From positions 1-35,228 of the IMG/VR virus record IMGVR_UViG_3300017913_002056: DNA of 35,228 nt; one strand, 5' to 3'. This document shows, in pieces, positions 8,135 through 16,916 of the stretch. The position numbers and the translations under genes are program-made. Numbering within the stretch: the stretch's first letter is position 1; each line of letters begins with the position of its first letter. The notes beneath the pieces were generated by a model, which was not told the DNA's origin, did not search any database, and worked only from the letters and a program-made list of their open reading frames with translations. This DNA comes from a virus. Lineage: Duplodnaviria > Caudoviricetes.

Positions 8135-8705
8135 GATTAGTTTCACTGTGTCCTCTTTCATCTTCTCTAACTGCGATTACTACATCACGTAGTTTCGCAT
8201 CTGCGGATAAGTTGTAATAGTCTTTTGCTATCTGTGGTGCTGGAATATTTTCAACTATATTGTTATCGATCTGTTCTAAGTATTGTGTATAACTTACAAC
8301 TGCTTGTTCCTCAAAATACCCTACCATACGGTGAGCTGTTGTTGGAAACAATACATAAAGAACAAAGTAGAAATGCCAAAATACAAACTGAGCAAATAAG
8401 ATTAATAGACGCTCAAACCAGTTTGGTTTTGCTATCTCAATAAAAATCATTAGGTGCATACGCTCGTTTTCAGCTTCATCCAATAGTGTTTCAATCCAAC
8501 CGTAATTGTCTTGTTCCATCTTACGTAAACTACGTAAATGATTCCACATACCTGCCACCATGCCAGGAACACCTGCCACAGTTTCAAGTACTACGGCACG
8601 ATGCCCGTATCGTTTAGCAAAAAATGTATCTGCAAGCCAACGTAGCATCAGGGTAATACCTAATGCTACATAATCTCCCAAAGATTCTGGTTCACGGTGT
8701 ATCAT
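8097..8705 (-). CDS. aox: Alternative oxidase (ubiquinol oxidase, diiron)
   Basis: LETVAGVPGMV, EAENERMHL, GYFEEQAVVSY, VREDERGH are diagnostic AOX motifs. Confidence 0.96.
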   Translation of the reverse strand: MIHREPESLGDYVALGITLMLRWLADTFFAKRYGHRAVVLETVAGVPGMVAGMWNHLRSLRKMEQDNYGWIETLLDEAENERMHLMIFIEIAKPNWFERLLILFAQFVFWHFYFVLYVLFPTTAHRMVGYFEEQAVVSYTQYLEQIDNNIVENIPAPQIAKDYYNLSADAKLRDVVIAVREDERGHSETNHDMANTLIEEKN

Positions 8706-10123
8706 TCTTCTGGTTCATCCAACAAATATGCCATTTCTGGAAAAGTTTTGCGGAAATCTGTTCCACGCTGTTCATCCAGCTTAGTTAGATACTCACGGAA
8801 TTCTGGCAGTCTACGTGTCCAATCTTCACTACGTGCAAAGCTAATCATACCACGTAGTCGTTTGATACCATAGCTTGCTTTTTCCCAATCCTCATAGGTT
8901 ACTTTGCCTTTGTGCCAGCTTGGTATACCCAGTTCCCAATTCTCTTTCCACCACTCAATAAATTCTTCATACTTGGCTTCGCATTTATCCAAGAATTCAT
9001 CAGGCAGTACTTTAACATTCAAATGCCCTGGCCAGTATACAAAGTGATAGTTGATACCACCTGCACCAAATGGCCACATATTTGTTTTATGTAGTCCGCT
9101 CTCTGTTAGTTTCCATTTTAGGAAGTCTGGAATATAATAAATGTTAAGAGCATTAACAGCGCATGCAATTGTAATTTCTACATTGTTTGATGTTTGTGTG
9201 TCAAGACGTGTTAACTGCTTGACTGTTTCATCCCAACTAACTGGATAACGAATATATTCGTTCATTTCGCCAATGCTGTCAATACTGAAGTGCATACGAA
9301 CTTTCTTGAATTTACTCCACATTTCAATCAAACGATCTGGAATTTCAATACAGTTAGAGTTGTAACGCACCTCAATGTCGGGCGCATATCCCATCTCGAT
9401 AACTTTTTCAAGGATCTCATAATGCTCGTCAATAACCGTTGCTTCGCCACCAGCAAAATATAGCTGACGCATGTGTGGGATCTGTGCGTAGAACTGTTCC
9501 CAAAATACTGGATTGTCTTTGTGCCAGTTATAGCTTGCGCCAAATTCTTTACCTTTGTTTGCCCATACCATTGTTTCTTTTAGTGATTGGTTTTCAATTT
9601 TTGGATATAGTTTTTGCCAATCTTTAACCCAACCACTTGAGTCGTGTGGGCTACACATGATACAACCAAGCTGACATTTTGTACCCATACGGATGTCAAT
9701 ATATCTTAGTTTTGCTTTTGTTGAGCCGTCCTCATATGTTTCACGCACTAGCTCATCAACATCAATACCGTTATTCATCCAGTATTCTGTTTCCCACTGA
9801 CGCTTACTGCGGTGGCCTGCTGCTTCTTCTTTGTAGCATTTTAAGCAACTTGGCGGCTTTTCGCCTGCAAGCATCATTTTACGAACACTGCGATAATATG
9901 TATTATTCCAAGCACTATCTAAGTCGCTGATATTTAGGTTTGCTGGACGACCGTCGTCTGTTTTAATAACACCAACTCGTCCTCCGTGTACTTTATCATT
10001 TGTAGCACCAACACTTGATGCATTTGCTGTACAGCATACACGCATACTTCCGTCTGGTCTTGTTGATAGGTGAATCCACGGCAGGATACAGAACGTATCC
10101 GATGGAAATTTATTGTCTGACAT
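8702..10123 (-). CDS. Radical SAM protein with N-terminal Twitch/SPASM-like domain
   Basis: FCILPW..RVCC..SCLKC then CQLGCIMC, AGGE. Confidence 0.92.
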   Translation of the reverse strand: MSDNKFPSDTFCILPWIHLSTRPDGSMRVCCTANASSVGATNDKVHGGRVGVIKTDDGRPANLNISDLDSAWNNTYYRSVRKMMLAGEKPPSCLKCYKEEAAGHRSKRQWETEYWMNNGIDVDELVRETYEDGSTKAKLRYIDIRMGTKCQLGCIMCSPHDSSGWVKDWQKLYPKIENQSLKETMVWANKGKEFGASYNWHKDNPVFWEQFYAQIPHMRQLYFAGGEATVIDEHYEILEKVIEMGYAPDIEVRYNSNCIEIPDRLIEMWSKFKKVRMHFSIDSIGEMNEYIRYPVSWDETVKQLTRLDTQTSNNVEITIACAVNALNIYYIPDFLKWKLTESGLHKTNMWPFGAGGINYHFVYWPGHLNVKVLPDEFLDKCEAKYEEFIEWWKENWELGIPSWHKGKVTYEDWEKASYGIKRLRGMISFARSEDWTRRLPEFREYLTKLDEQRGTDFRKTFPEMAYLLDEPEE

Positions 10124-10169
10124 TTGATTAAATCCTTTTGTGCAAGTTCGTCTGCACCGTACTGTTGTA

Positions 10170-10880
10170 TTATTTATCTACTGTGTAAATTGTGTCTTTT
10201 GTTCCTGCTCGAACAATATCCCAGGTTTTTTCACTTGCTGATCCTGTTAATTGTAGTGCAGGTCGTTTACGCCAACTGCCATTCCAGGTAGCGTGTGGAA
10301 GTGTACTCCACTCCCAAGTAAATGCTGTACCAGCTCTCCACTGTGTATAAATGCGAGTACCAAACTGTACAAGTTGTCCAGGTTCCCAATCTTCCAACAT
10401 AATAAGGAAGCGAATTTTATCTGGTTCTTGATATTTAAAATCTGGATTATCAATTACTCTTTCTGCACGTGGTTCTCCTGGCAAATTATCAATATGAAAC
10501 ATTAACTGATGATTTGGAAACTGATCATTAAACTTCTGTGTAAGTTTTTTATCAGTGTTGAAGTGTAGCATATCAACTATTTTTTCAAAAGTAGGACATG
10601 CGCCAGGATGTCTGTCAAAATTCATTTTAGCAAACATTTTAGCACTTGGATTACCGTATGGATTATCTTTATCTTCCTCAACGTGTCCTTCGCTTTTGGA
10701 ATTTGCTGCGTGTCCATAATCTTGCTGATTATAGCCTTGCGGGTTTACTCCAATATCTCGAGCTGCTTTGATATCTTCGATCCAGTCTCCCTGAAAACGT
10801 CCAATAATTTTTACATACTCGCCTTCTTGATCTTCTCGAAAGTTATCAAAATGCCAGGGTTGTTTGAACGGTGAACTCAT
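10170..10880 (-). CDS. Cupin/2OG-Fe(II) oxygenase-like protein
   Basis: FHID (HxD), RFLIMLEDWEPG, LPHATWN..R; start trimmed to ATG 10880 (ATGA coupling); paralog of 15117-16076. Confidence 0.7.
   Translation of the reverse strand: MSSPFKQPWHFDNFREDQEGEYVKIIGRFQGDWIEDIKAARDIGVNPQGYNQQDYGHAANSKSEGHVEEDKDNPYGNPSAKMFAKMNFDRHPGACPTFEKIVDMLHFNTDKKLTQKFNDQFPNHQLMFHIDNLPGEPRAERVIDNPDFKYQEPDKIRFLIMLEDWEPGQLVQFGTRIYTQWRAGTAFTWEWSTLPHATWNGSWRKRPALQLTGSASEKTWDIVRAGTKDTIYTVDK
10171..10177 (-). promoter_or_regulatory. T4-late-like promoter box ATAAATA
   Basis: GATAAATA on the minus strand, overlapping the upstream stop codon, about 48 nt before the radical SAM start. Confidence 0.45.
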
Positions 10881-11536
10881 ACTGCTTTCCTCCACCACCA
10901 CACATACCAAGACTTAAAAGGAATATTTTGATTAGCGTCTACTGTGCGGCGTTCTGTTTCTTGTTGTATCATTTTTCTACGGTGTGCTTCTTTTTCAACC
11001 ATTGAAAAATGCCATTCATTGTCTACTTTTTTCTTTAGCCAGTTAAAAGTTTCATCATCTAACTCATTAAGTAGAATTTGTTTTTCTTCTACTGGTTTAA
11101 CTATTTCGTAATTGTATTTATTTGTGTTTTCTGTTATTTTTTCCATTGTCCAGGCACCAATAGAACTATCACTCAGGTCTCTGCGTACTCTCATAATAAC
11201 CCTGCCGCCTGGTTTTAACCATTTGTATACCAAATCTAATTCTGAACTAACATCTGGTTTACTGTGCATGCTGCCCAAACAAAAAACAAAATCTGCACTG
11301 CCTGGTTGTACAAATTGATCAAACTGTTCATATGTACAGTTATGATCTAAATCTGGATGAGGCTGTCTGTCAAACCCAATTAAATTATTGACTTTATTTT
11401 TCCAAAGGTTTGTTCCGCAACCAGCATCGATAACTAATTCTGGTCTATATCTATTAATTTGATCTGAAAATGTATGGAAGTTGTCTGTACTGTGATAAGC
11501 ATTTTTAATTAAATGCATTAACCCACTTCTATCCAT
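10877..11536 (-). CDS. Class I SAM-dependent methyltransferase
   Basis: VIDAGCGTN, LIGFD, ADFVFCLGS, LKPGG. Confidence 0.88.
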   Translation of the reverse strand: MDRSGLMHLIKNAYHSTDNFHTFSDQINRYRPELVIDAGCGTNLWKNKVNNLIGFDRQPHPDLDHNCTYEQFDQFVQPGSADFVFCLGSMHSKPDVSSELDLVYKWLKPGGRVIMRVRRDLSDSSIGAWTMEKITENTNKYNYEIVKPVEEKQILLNELDDETFNWLKKKVDNEWHFSMVEKEAHRRKMIQQETERRTVDANQNIPFKSWYVWWWRKAV

Positions 11537-12197
11537 TTTCTGGGATCCTTGTTACTGCGACATATGCATCGCCTGCCCAACGTTTAATACCTTGAGCAAC
11601 TTGTAAATCTACACCTGGAAAATCGCTAATTGCTGTTTTTGGATCCCAAATTTTCCACTGCATGTTTTTACGAAGTGCAAAGTCCATAATTTTACTGCTT
11701 TCTTCGTAAATTTTAGTTCGCATATAATTGTAATCAGTATACCCTGGACGATAATCAGGCCAGTGTTCTTCGCTAAAATCCATTACATTACACCACCATG
11801 CAAAACTTGCTTGTGGTTCACGATATACAAGAAACATATAGTCTCCTGCAAAATGATTCCAAATAAAATCTAAATTAAATTGTCGTGCAAAAAAATGACT
11901 TTTAATAATACGGTATCCTTGACCTGTGAATACTTGGTTAATATCGGTTTCAACTCTTTCCTTAGTAAAGTGATTAAAGTCTGTCCAGTCCTCACCGCAA
12001 CCCATTCCTGGTCCCCAATAACTTCCACGGTGTCCGTTATTTGGATCTCCCGGTGTGTTTACACGGTGATAAAATACTCTGTCTGGTGTCTCGTCTGTTC
12101 TATCTACTGGAAGCATATTGCGCAATTGAATATCAATGCCACTCCACTTAGATCCTGGTACTCCGCAGAACCATATATTTTTATTATAATCTGTCAT
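11529..12197 (-). CDS. Sulfotransferase-fold/P-loop protein
   Basis: FCGVPGSKWS N-terminal loop, IIKSH, LVYREP..S pattern; paralog of 13674-14354. Confidence 0.55.
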   Translation of the reverse strand: MTDYNKNIWFCGVPGSKWSGIDIQLRNMLPVDRTDETPDRVFYHRVNTPGDPNNGHRGSYWGPGMGCGEDWTDFNHFTKERVETDINQVFTGQGYRIIKSHFFARQFNLDFIWNHFAGDYMFLVYREPQASFAWWCNVMDFSEEHWPDYRPGYTDYNYMRTKIYEESSKIMDFALRKNMQWKIWDPKTAISDFPGVDLQVAQGIKRWAGDAYVAVTRIPENG

Positions 12198-12211
12198 GAT
12201 TTCCTCTTAAG

Positions 12212-12241
12212 AAAAAAGGAGAACGACTGTGTCGCTCTCCT
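12212..12241 (-). terminator. Intrinsic terminator-like hairpin
   Basis: Minus strand AGGAGAGCGAC-ACA-GTCGTTCTCCT-TTTTT, 11-bp stem with one G-U pair, just after the ferritin-like gene. Confidence 0.75.
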
Positions 12242-12245
12242 CTCT

Positions 12246-12275
12246 ATTATAGCACTTATTGTGCGAAGTTGTCAA
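12246..12275 (-). promoter_or_regulatory. Sigma70-type promoter
   Basis: TTGACA-18 nt-TATAAT with extended -10 TG. Confidence 0.75.
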
Positions 12276-13110
12276 CTAGTTCACTTGATTCTGCTGTGAA
12301 CTTACCACGTGGTGTTGGTGTCCAATCTTTTAGTTCGCCTTTTGGTGCAAACCATGATTTACCCATCTCTGCCATTTTCTCGTCTGATACGTCATGGCCG
12401 TAAGCTGTTGACACTAGGTCAGCTGCTTCACGTGTTGCTTCTGTACCCATGCAGTTGATCCAGTACATGCGCTCTGTCATTTTTGGAAGTACCGCTAGTA
12501 CTTTTGCTTGTGCTTCTGGTGTTGTTGCTAGACGCTCTAGTGTACGTGCGCCGATTGTGCTGTGGAATGTTTCGTCCTTAGCAATTTTTGCATATGTGCG
12601 TGATACAACTGGATCTGCAATTGATGTTGCCATTGCGTTCCATACACGACCTGCACGGCCTTCTGCAACAAACTGGTATACAGCCGCCATCATTTCGTCT
12701 TCATGGCCACCGATCTCTTCAAATAGAGATGCACCTTTTGCTTTAACGTTTGATTCGTCCATCTGCCATGCAAATTCTGCTTCTAGTTCTTCGTCTGAAA
12801 ACTCTTCGCCTGATAGATATTCGATTGCGTTTTTCACCATATCATAGTGCTTTGCTTCGTCTAGTACTTGCTTTGCTAGTAGCTTTAGCTGTACTGGATC
12901 TGTTGAAGCTGGCATTGATGCTAGTGTACGTGAAATTTCCACAATGTTCATACGCTCGTTAAACATGCGGCGCTTGAAGTGGAAGATTGCTTCATCTAGA
13001 TCAGGATTGTTACGGAAGTAAGCCTGTGTCTGGATTTCTGAAGCTTTAAATAGTGGTTCGATTAGGTCTGCAACGTGTGCTACAAATTCTTTACCTGTCA
13101 TTGTTGTCAT
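12256..13110 (-). CDS. Ferritin-like diiron-carboxylate protein
   Basis: NERMN...DEAKH...AEGRA...DETFH gives the E/ExxH/E/ExxH ligand set; AAGGAG SD. Confidence 0.8.
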   Translation of the reverse strand: MTTMTGKEFVAHVADLIEPLFKASEIQTQAYFRNNPDLDEAIFHFKRRMFNERMNIVEISRTLASMPASTDPVQLKLLAKQVLDEAKHYDMVKNAIEYLSGEEFSDEELEAEFAWQMDESNVKAKGASLFEEIGGHEDEMMAAVYQFVAEGRAGRVWNAMATSIADPVVSRTYAKIAKDETFHSTIGARTLERLATTPEAQAKVLAVLPKMTERMYWINCMGTEATREAADLVSTAYGHDVSDEKMAEMGKSWFAPKGELKDWTPTPRGKFTAESSELVDNFAQ

Positions 13111-13125
13111 GATTCTGACTCCTTT

Positions 13126-13677
13126 TCATGTTATGATATCATAAAATTCGTCTGGTAGCCAGTGATGTTCGAGATCTCTTTCCGGATGCCAGACGACAGC
13201 CATGACATTTTCGTATTGCCATGACTCAATATACCCGTTGTCGTCAGTCACTAGGACTTTTGCATCGGTGGGAGCCACAGTTATAGAGCTACCGTGATAG
13301 CTATTTACTGTGCGCTGTTCGTATTTATACAAAACGGCATGATTTGTGCGTCTATGCCCCTCAACGGATATAAGTTCACCACCCCATAATTGAGTAAGCA
13401 GAAATGCGCCGTGGCAAATACCCAGTATTGGCTTTTTGCGTTGACGGAATTGTTTGATCATCTCTATTTCTGCCATCAGTCTTAGAGGGTAGTCATCGCC
13501 GCCACTCAATACTAACAAGTCGTGTGTGTCGGCAAATTCTTCAAAATTTTGATGTTTTTTATTAATTAGTGCAGTGATTTCATGATCACGAAACATACTA
13601 TCGAAGCCTCGTTCATAGGCGTCGAACATAAAGCCTCCTGGGCTTTCCAGTGTTCTTGTACTAATCAATACTTTCAT
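13126..13677 (-). CDS. Class I glutamine amidotransferase / peptidase C26 (gamma-glutamyl hydrolase-like)
   Basis: LSGG.D, PILGICHG, VNSYH, WHPE (Cys-His-Glu triad). Confidence 0.9.
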   Translation of the reverse strand: MKVLISTRTLESPGGFMFDAYERGFDSMFRDHEITALINKKHQNFEEFADTHDLLVLSGGDDYPLRLMAEIEMIKQFRQRKKPILGICHGAFLLTQLWGGELISVEGHRRTNHAVLYKYEQRTVNSYHGSSITVAPTDAKVLVTDDNGYIESWQYENVMAVVWHPERDLEHHWLPDEFYDIIT

Positions 13678-14354
13678 TGTTTACCTCTGTATAGTACTGG
13701 CCATAAAGTTTCATCCAGTGCGTTTACAGTTATATCTTTATTTATATGCTCAATCATTTCGGGCATATTTTCCTTGATCCAACCCATGGGATCAGACAAG
13801 TTTTGTTTTATTTTTAATCCACGTTCTTCACAGAATTTTTGCATTAACCGTGTTTCCTGAAGTATTTGACGTTTCATTACTTCATCATTGCTATACCATT
13901 TGTAACATGGATAGCTGATATCCCAACCGCCGCTTTCTTTCCACCAACGGAAACTCATTTCTGGTTCACGGAATACCATTAGTATGTCTACCCAAGGCAT
14001 GTTTTGTGTAATCCAATCCAATTGATAGCTAAACCAATGGCATCGGATAATACGTACTTTACCAGGATCATCATCATTATACGCCGCTTCAATCTCCTGC
14101 ATTACACGCTCAGGCCCTAGTAAGTCTAGTCTATCAAAACCTTCTCCATGCTGATGAAAAGGTCCCCAAAATGTGTAGATATGTTGTGTGCCGTGTGAGG
14201 GTACATCTTGTAGATAGGGTGATTTACAACTTGTGTCAACGTAACCAGGAGCCGCTTTGTAAAACATAGCTTCTAATCTGCCCCAACGACTACCTGGTAC
14301 GCCAACTAAGAAAATATACTTTTTATTTAAATTCATCGTATAACAAATCTGCAA
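13674..14354 (-). CDS. Sulfotransferase-fold/P-loop protein
   Basis: FLVGVPGSRWG, IIRCHWF, MVFREPEMSF.WW; true start may be the MNLNKK methionine. Confidence 0.55.
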   Translation of the reverse strand: MQICYTMNLNKKYIFLVGVPGSRWGRLEAMFYKAAPGYVDTSCKSPYLQDVPSHGTQHIYTFWGPFHQHGEGFDRLDLLGPERVMQEIEAAYNDDDPGKVRIIRCHWFSYQLDWITQNMPWVDILMVFREPEMSFRWWKESGGWDISYPCYKWYSNDEVMKRQILQETRLMQKFCEERGLKIKQNLSDPMGWIKENMPEMIEHINKDITVNALDETLWPVLYRGKQ

Positions 14355-15120
14355 TTAAATTGTGACTGCGCAATCCTGGATGATTGCCGTCTCTCGCCAG
14401 GTCAACAATGTGTGTTTTATCCATCAACACTGGCTTTATATATTTGTACTCTGGAGCATACTGGAACTGTTTTCGCCCTAGAGCATAATAATGTATGATT
14501 TTTGAATCAGGAAACATATCATGAAGATATGTATCCATCATTTTTAAATATAACTTATTGTCCCATTGTATTACATTCTGATAAAAATGTCTATCTATTC
14601 TTTCTAAATCTGGTGATTTTTTTGGCATTAAAAAATAATTTAAAGCCCACCCACTCATACCAATAAATCTAGGATCCATGAGTACAATATGGGTGGGCTT
14701 ATACTGTTGTCCAAATACTTCTAACTCTGAGATAACATCAGTGAATGTATCATAGTCACTAAGGTTTACGTAATTTGCATTTAAACGGAGAGCAAGTTTA
14801 TGTGCAAAGGTTAGATCTACCGGAATACCAGTACCTACACAAACACTGCCACCAGCTACTAATAGTCGTGTTTGCGCATTAAAATCAGGTTCTGGTCCAC
14901 GTAATCCTAAACTGTTCCATTTATATGTTATCTCATGTTGGTTCCAGTCATAGTCTTGTGTCAAATGACTGCTAAAGGTATCATTACCTGGCTTGCCATA
15001 ATTAAACAAGCCGGGCTGATCCTTTCCGTAGTATTCTACAACGGCATTGGGCACACGCTCTTCTTTGAGTGTTTTGTCAAAGTTATTGCGAATGTATTCT
15101 TGAATTTCAGGTCTATTCAT
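14323..15120 (-). CDS. SGNH-like hydrolase
   Basis: WNSLGLRG, AGGSVCVG, DLARDGNHPG (DxxH). Confidence 0.7.
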   Translation of the reverse strand: MNRPEIQEYIRNNFDKTLKEERVPNAVVEYYGKDQPGLFNYGKPGNDTFSSHLTQDYDWNQHEITYKWNSLGLRGPEPDFNAQTRLLVAGGSVCVGTGIPVDLTFAHKLALRLNANYVNLSDYDTFTDVISELEVFGQQYKPTHIVLMDPRFIGMSGWALNYFLMPKKSPDLERIDRHFYQNVIQWDNKLYLKMMDTYLHDMFPDSKIIHYYALGRKQFQYAPEYKYIKPVLMDKTHIVDLARDGNHPGLRSHNLIADLLYDEFK

Positions 15121-16076
15121 AATTTAATAATTTTTGGAGGAGCACCATCAAGTGCTTCATCAATCCAGCCTTGCATCTTATCTCCTACAAAGCCAGTAAC
15201 TTGGAATGTAAATCTAGGCTCATATGCAAAGTTTGCAGTACCGTGCGGCATGTTACACCAATCATATGTTACTGCCTCTCCGCCACGATATGCCTGATAA
15301 TACTTGTTTCCAAATTGCCATACGTGTCCTTGCGTCCAAGGCTGTAACATGATTAAAAACCTACGCAACTTTAATGGGTTTTTGTCTGCACCTGCCTCTG
15401 TCCAAATTTTACGCCAACCAGGGCGAGCATAACGCATTTGTTGATCAATATGTATAGGAGTACACTGCCCCATTTTTTGAATATGTATACGGCTCTGATG
15501 TACATCTATATCCATTTGGCGTATCGCTTCATGAAATATTTCGTATTCAGGTACTTTGTTTTCTTTTCTTTGTTTATTGCCGTCAGCATCAAATTTTGTA
15601 CGCACTACTTTGTCGTAATACATGCTACTATAGTCATCCAAACCAGTCGCACGTTTCATATCCATGAGCTCACCATCATGCAAGTCAGCATCTTGCTTGC
15701 TAGCATTGCGACTACGATAGTTACCCATTGTCATCTCTTTTGCTTCACGTAATGCATATTCAATAGCTGGTTGGAAATCTCCATCTAACCTTACTGGCAC
15801 AATAAATGTTGTTTCGCTATCTGGATCTGCCATTGGATCAAAATGCCAGGTGCTGCGTAACTTATTGTGTTCCCAACGACTAGGAACGTTGTCTACAGTA
15901 AAGATATTATCCATATCTTTGTGACGCTCTAGCTGATCATCGCTGTACATCTCGTCCTGGTAGTTACTGTCTTTTTCAGTAACACCAGTAATTTTTTCTT
16001 TCTCGGCATCAATGTTGTCAACAAGATCCTGTACCTTGTCGCCACTATACCAATTATACCCAGTATTTTTTTTCAT
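15117..16076 (-). CDS. Cupin/2OG-Fe(II) oxygenase-like protein
   Basis: PIHID, RFLIMLQPW..G, MPHGTAN...PR. Confidence 0.7.
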   Translation of the reverse strand: MKKNTGYNWYSGDKVQDLVDNIDAEKEKITGVTEKDSNYQDEMYSDDQLERHKDMDNIFTVDNVPSRWEHNKLRSTWHFDPMADPDSETTFIVPVRLDGDFQPAIEYALREAKEMTMGNYRSRNASKQDADLHDGELMDMKRATGLDDYSSMYYDKVVRTKFDADGNKQRKENKVPEYEIFHEAIRQMDIDVHQSRIHIQKMGQCTPIHIDQQMRYARPGWRKIWTEAGADKNPLKLRRFLIMLQPWTQGHVWQFGNKYYQAYRGGEAVTYDWCNMPHGTANFAYEPRFTFQVTGFVGDKMQGWIDEALDGAPPKIIKL

Positions 16077-16666
16077 TAGTGATCCTTAACATTAGGCAAC
16101 ATAGACTGAATTGTTTTGAGATTTGCTTCAGTCAAATATACACTCATGAGTACATGGTAAATGTCATTACTGAAACTAAAACTACCATGCTGTTTGCGAG
16201 TGTTTAAAATATATGCTTTACCAGGCTTAAACTGATACAACTCGTTGTCGTATATAAACGCCCATTCGCTAACATCAGTTTTGTTTAGCGGAATAAAGAT
16301 CCTCATTTGAGGATTCATTCGCCAGGCATCTCGATGCAATCTAAAAAAACTTCCTTCTTTCAATCGTACTGCACGACAGCGAGCTAATTTTTCCCAACGA
16401 TCAAAAAAGGGAACTAGTTCAGTACACTGATTAAGGTACTCAGTGTACTGCTGGTCGGCATCGTGTTTGTTGCCATCACGTAAACTTAGATTATCTTGAT
16501 CTCCACTGTGAGTTAGATTTACTCCAGCTTTGTTTCCTGTACTTTCCTGGTAGGGTAATGTTGACAGTTGTTCAATAACTTTATCGGCATCGAACTCCCA
16601 ATCAAGCTCAATAACATCTCCGTAACTATTCAGGAGTGTTAGTAGTTGTATCTCTGTATCTTTCAT
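16076..16666 (-). CDS. Aspartyl/asparaginyl beta-hydroxylase-like 2OG-Fe(II) oxygenase
   Basis: FRLHRD, RIFIPL, FKPGKAYILNTRKQHG; probable start ATG 16666. Confidence 0.75.
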   Translation of the reverse strand: MKDTEIQLLTLLNSYGDVIELDWEFDADKVIEQLSTLPYQESTGNKAGVNLTHSGDQDNLSLRDGNKHDADQQYTEYLNQCTELVPFFDRWEKLARCRAVRLKEGSFFRLHRDAWRMNPQMRIFIPLNKTDVSEWAFIYDNELYQFKPGKAYILNTRKQHGSFSFSNDIYHVLMSVYLTEANLKTIQSMLPNVKDH

Positions 16667-16916
16667 GTTTTGGCACATCCGCTAGATCATCCATTTTACG
16701 AATATGTTCTATTCTCATAATGGTATGATACATCTTAATTACAGCTTTAGGGCTGTCTGCCTTCCACACCCAGGGCAAAATTCCATGCACCAGGCTTTTA
16801 AATGCTACCACTAGAAGTTTCCAACTGTTTTGAATACTGTGCCATAAATGGTACCAATATCCCCAACCTGTTTCAACTTTTAAATGGTGCTTGGCTTCTT
16901 TATACCAACGAATCAT
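16626..16916 (-). CDS. DUF6356-like small helical protein
   Basis: HL.......YWYHL..S....L......LVHGILP pattern; probable start MIRW at 16916. Confidence 0.55.
   Translation of the reverse strand: MIRWYKEAKHHLKVETGWGYWYHLWHSIQNSWKLLVVAFKSLVHGILPWVWKADSPKAVIKMYHTIMRIEHIRKMDDLADVPKHERYRDTTTNTPE

Noticed and set aside
8097-8705. PTOX / cyanophage assignment
   Set aside because: Motifs are AOX-type and no photosynthesis genes are present.
11880-12962. Plus-strand ORFs of 70-139 aa opposite the ferritin-like and sulfotransferase-fold genes
   Set aside because: Antisense frames kept open by codon bias; Ser/Ala-rich, no motifs.
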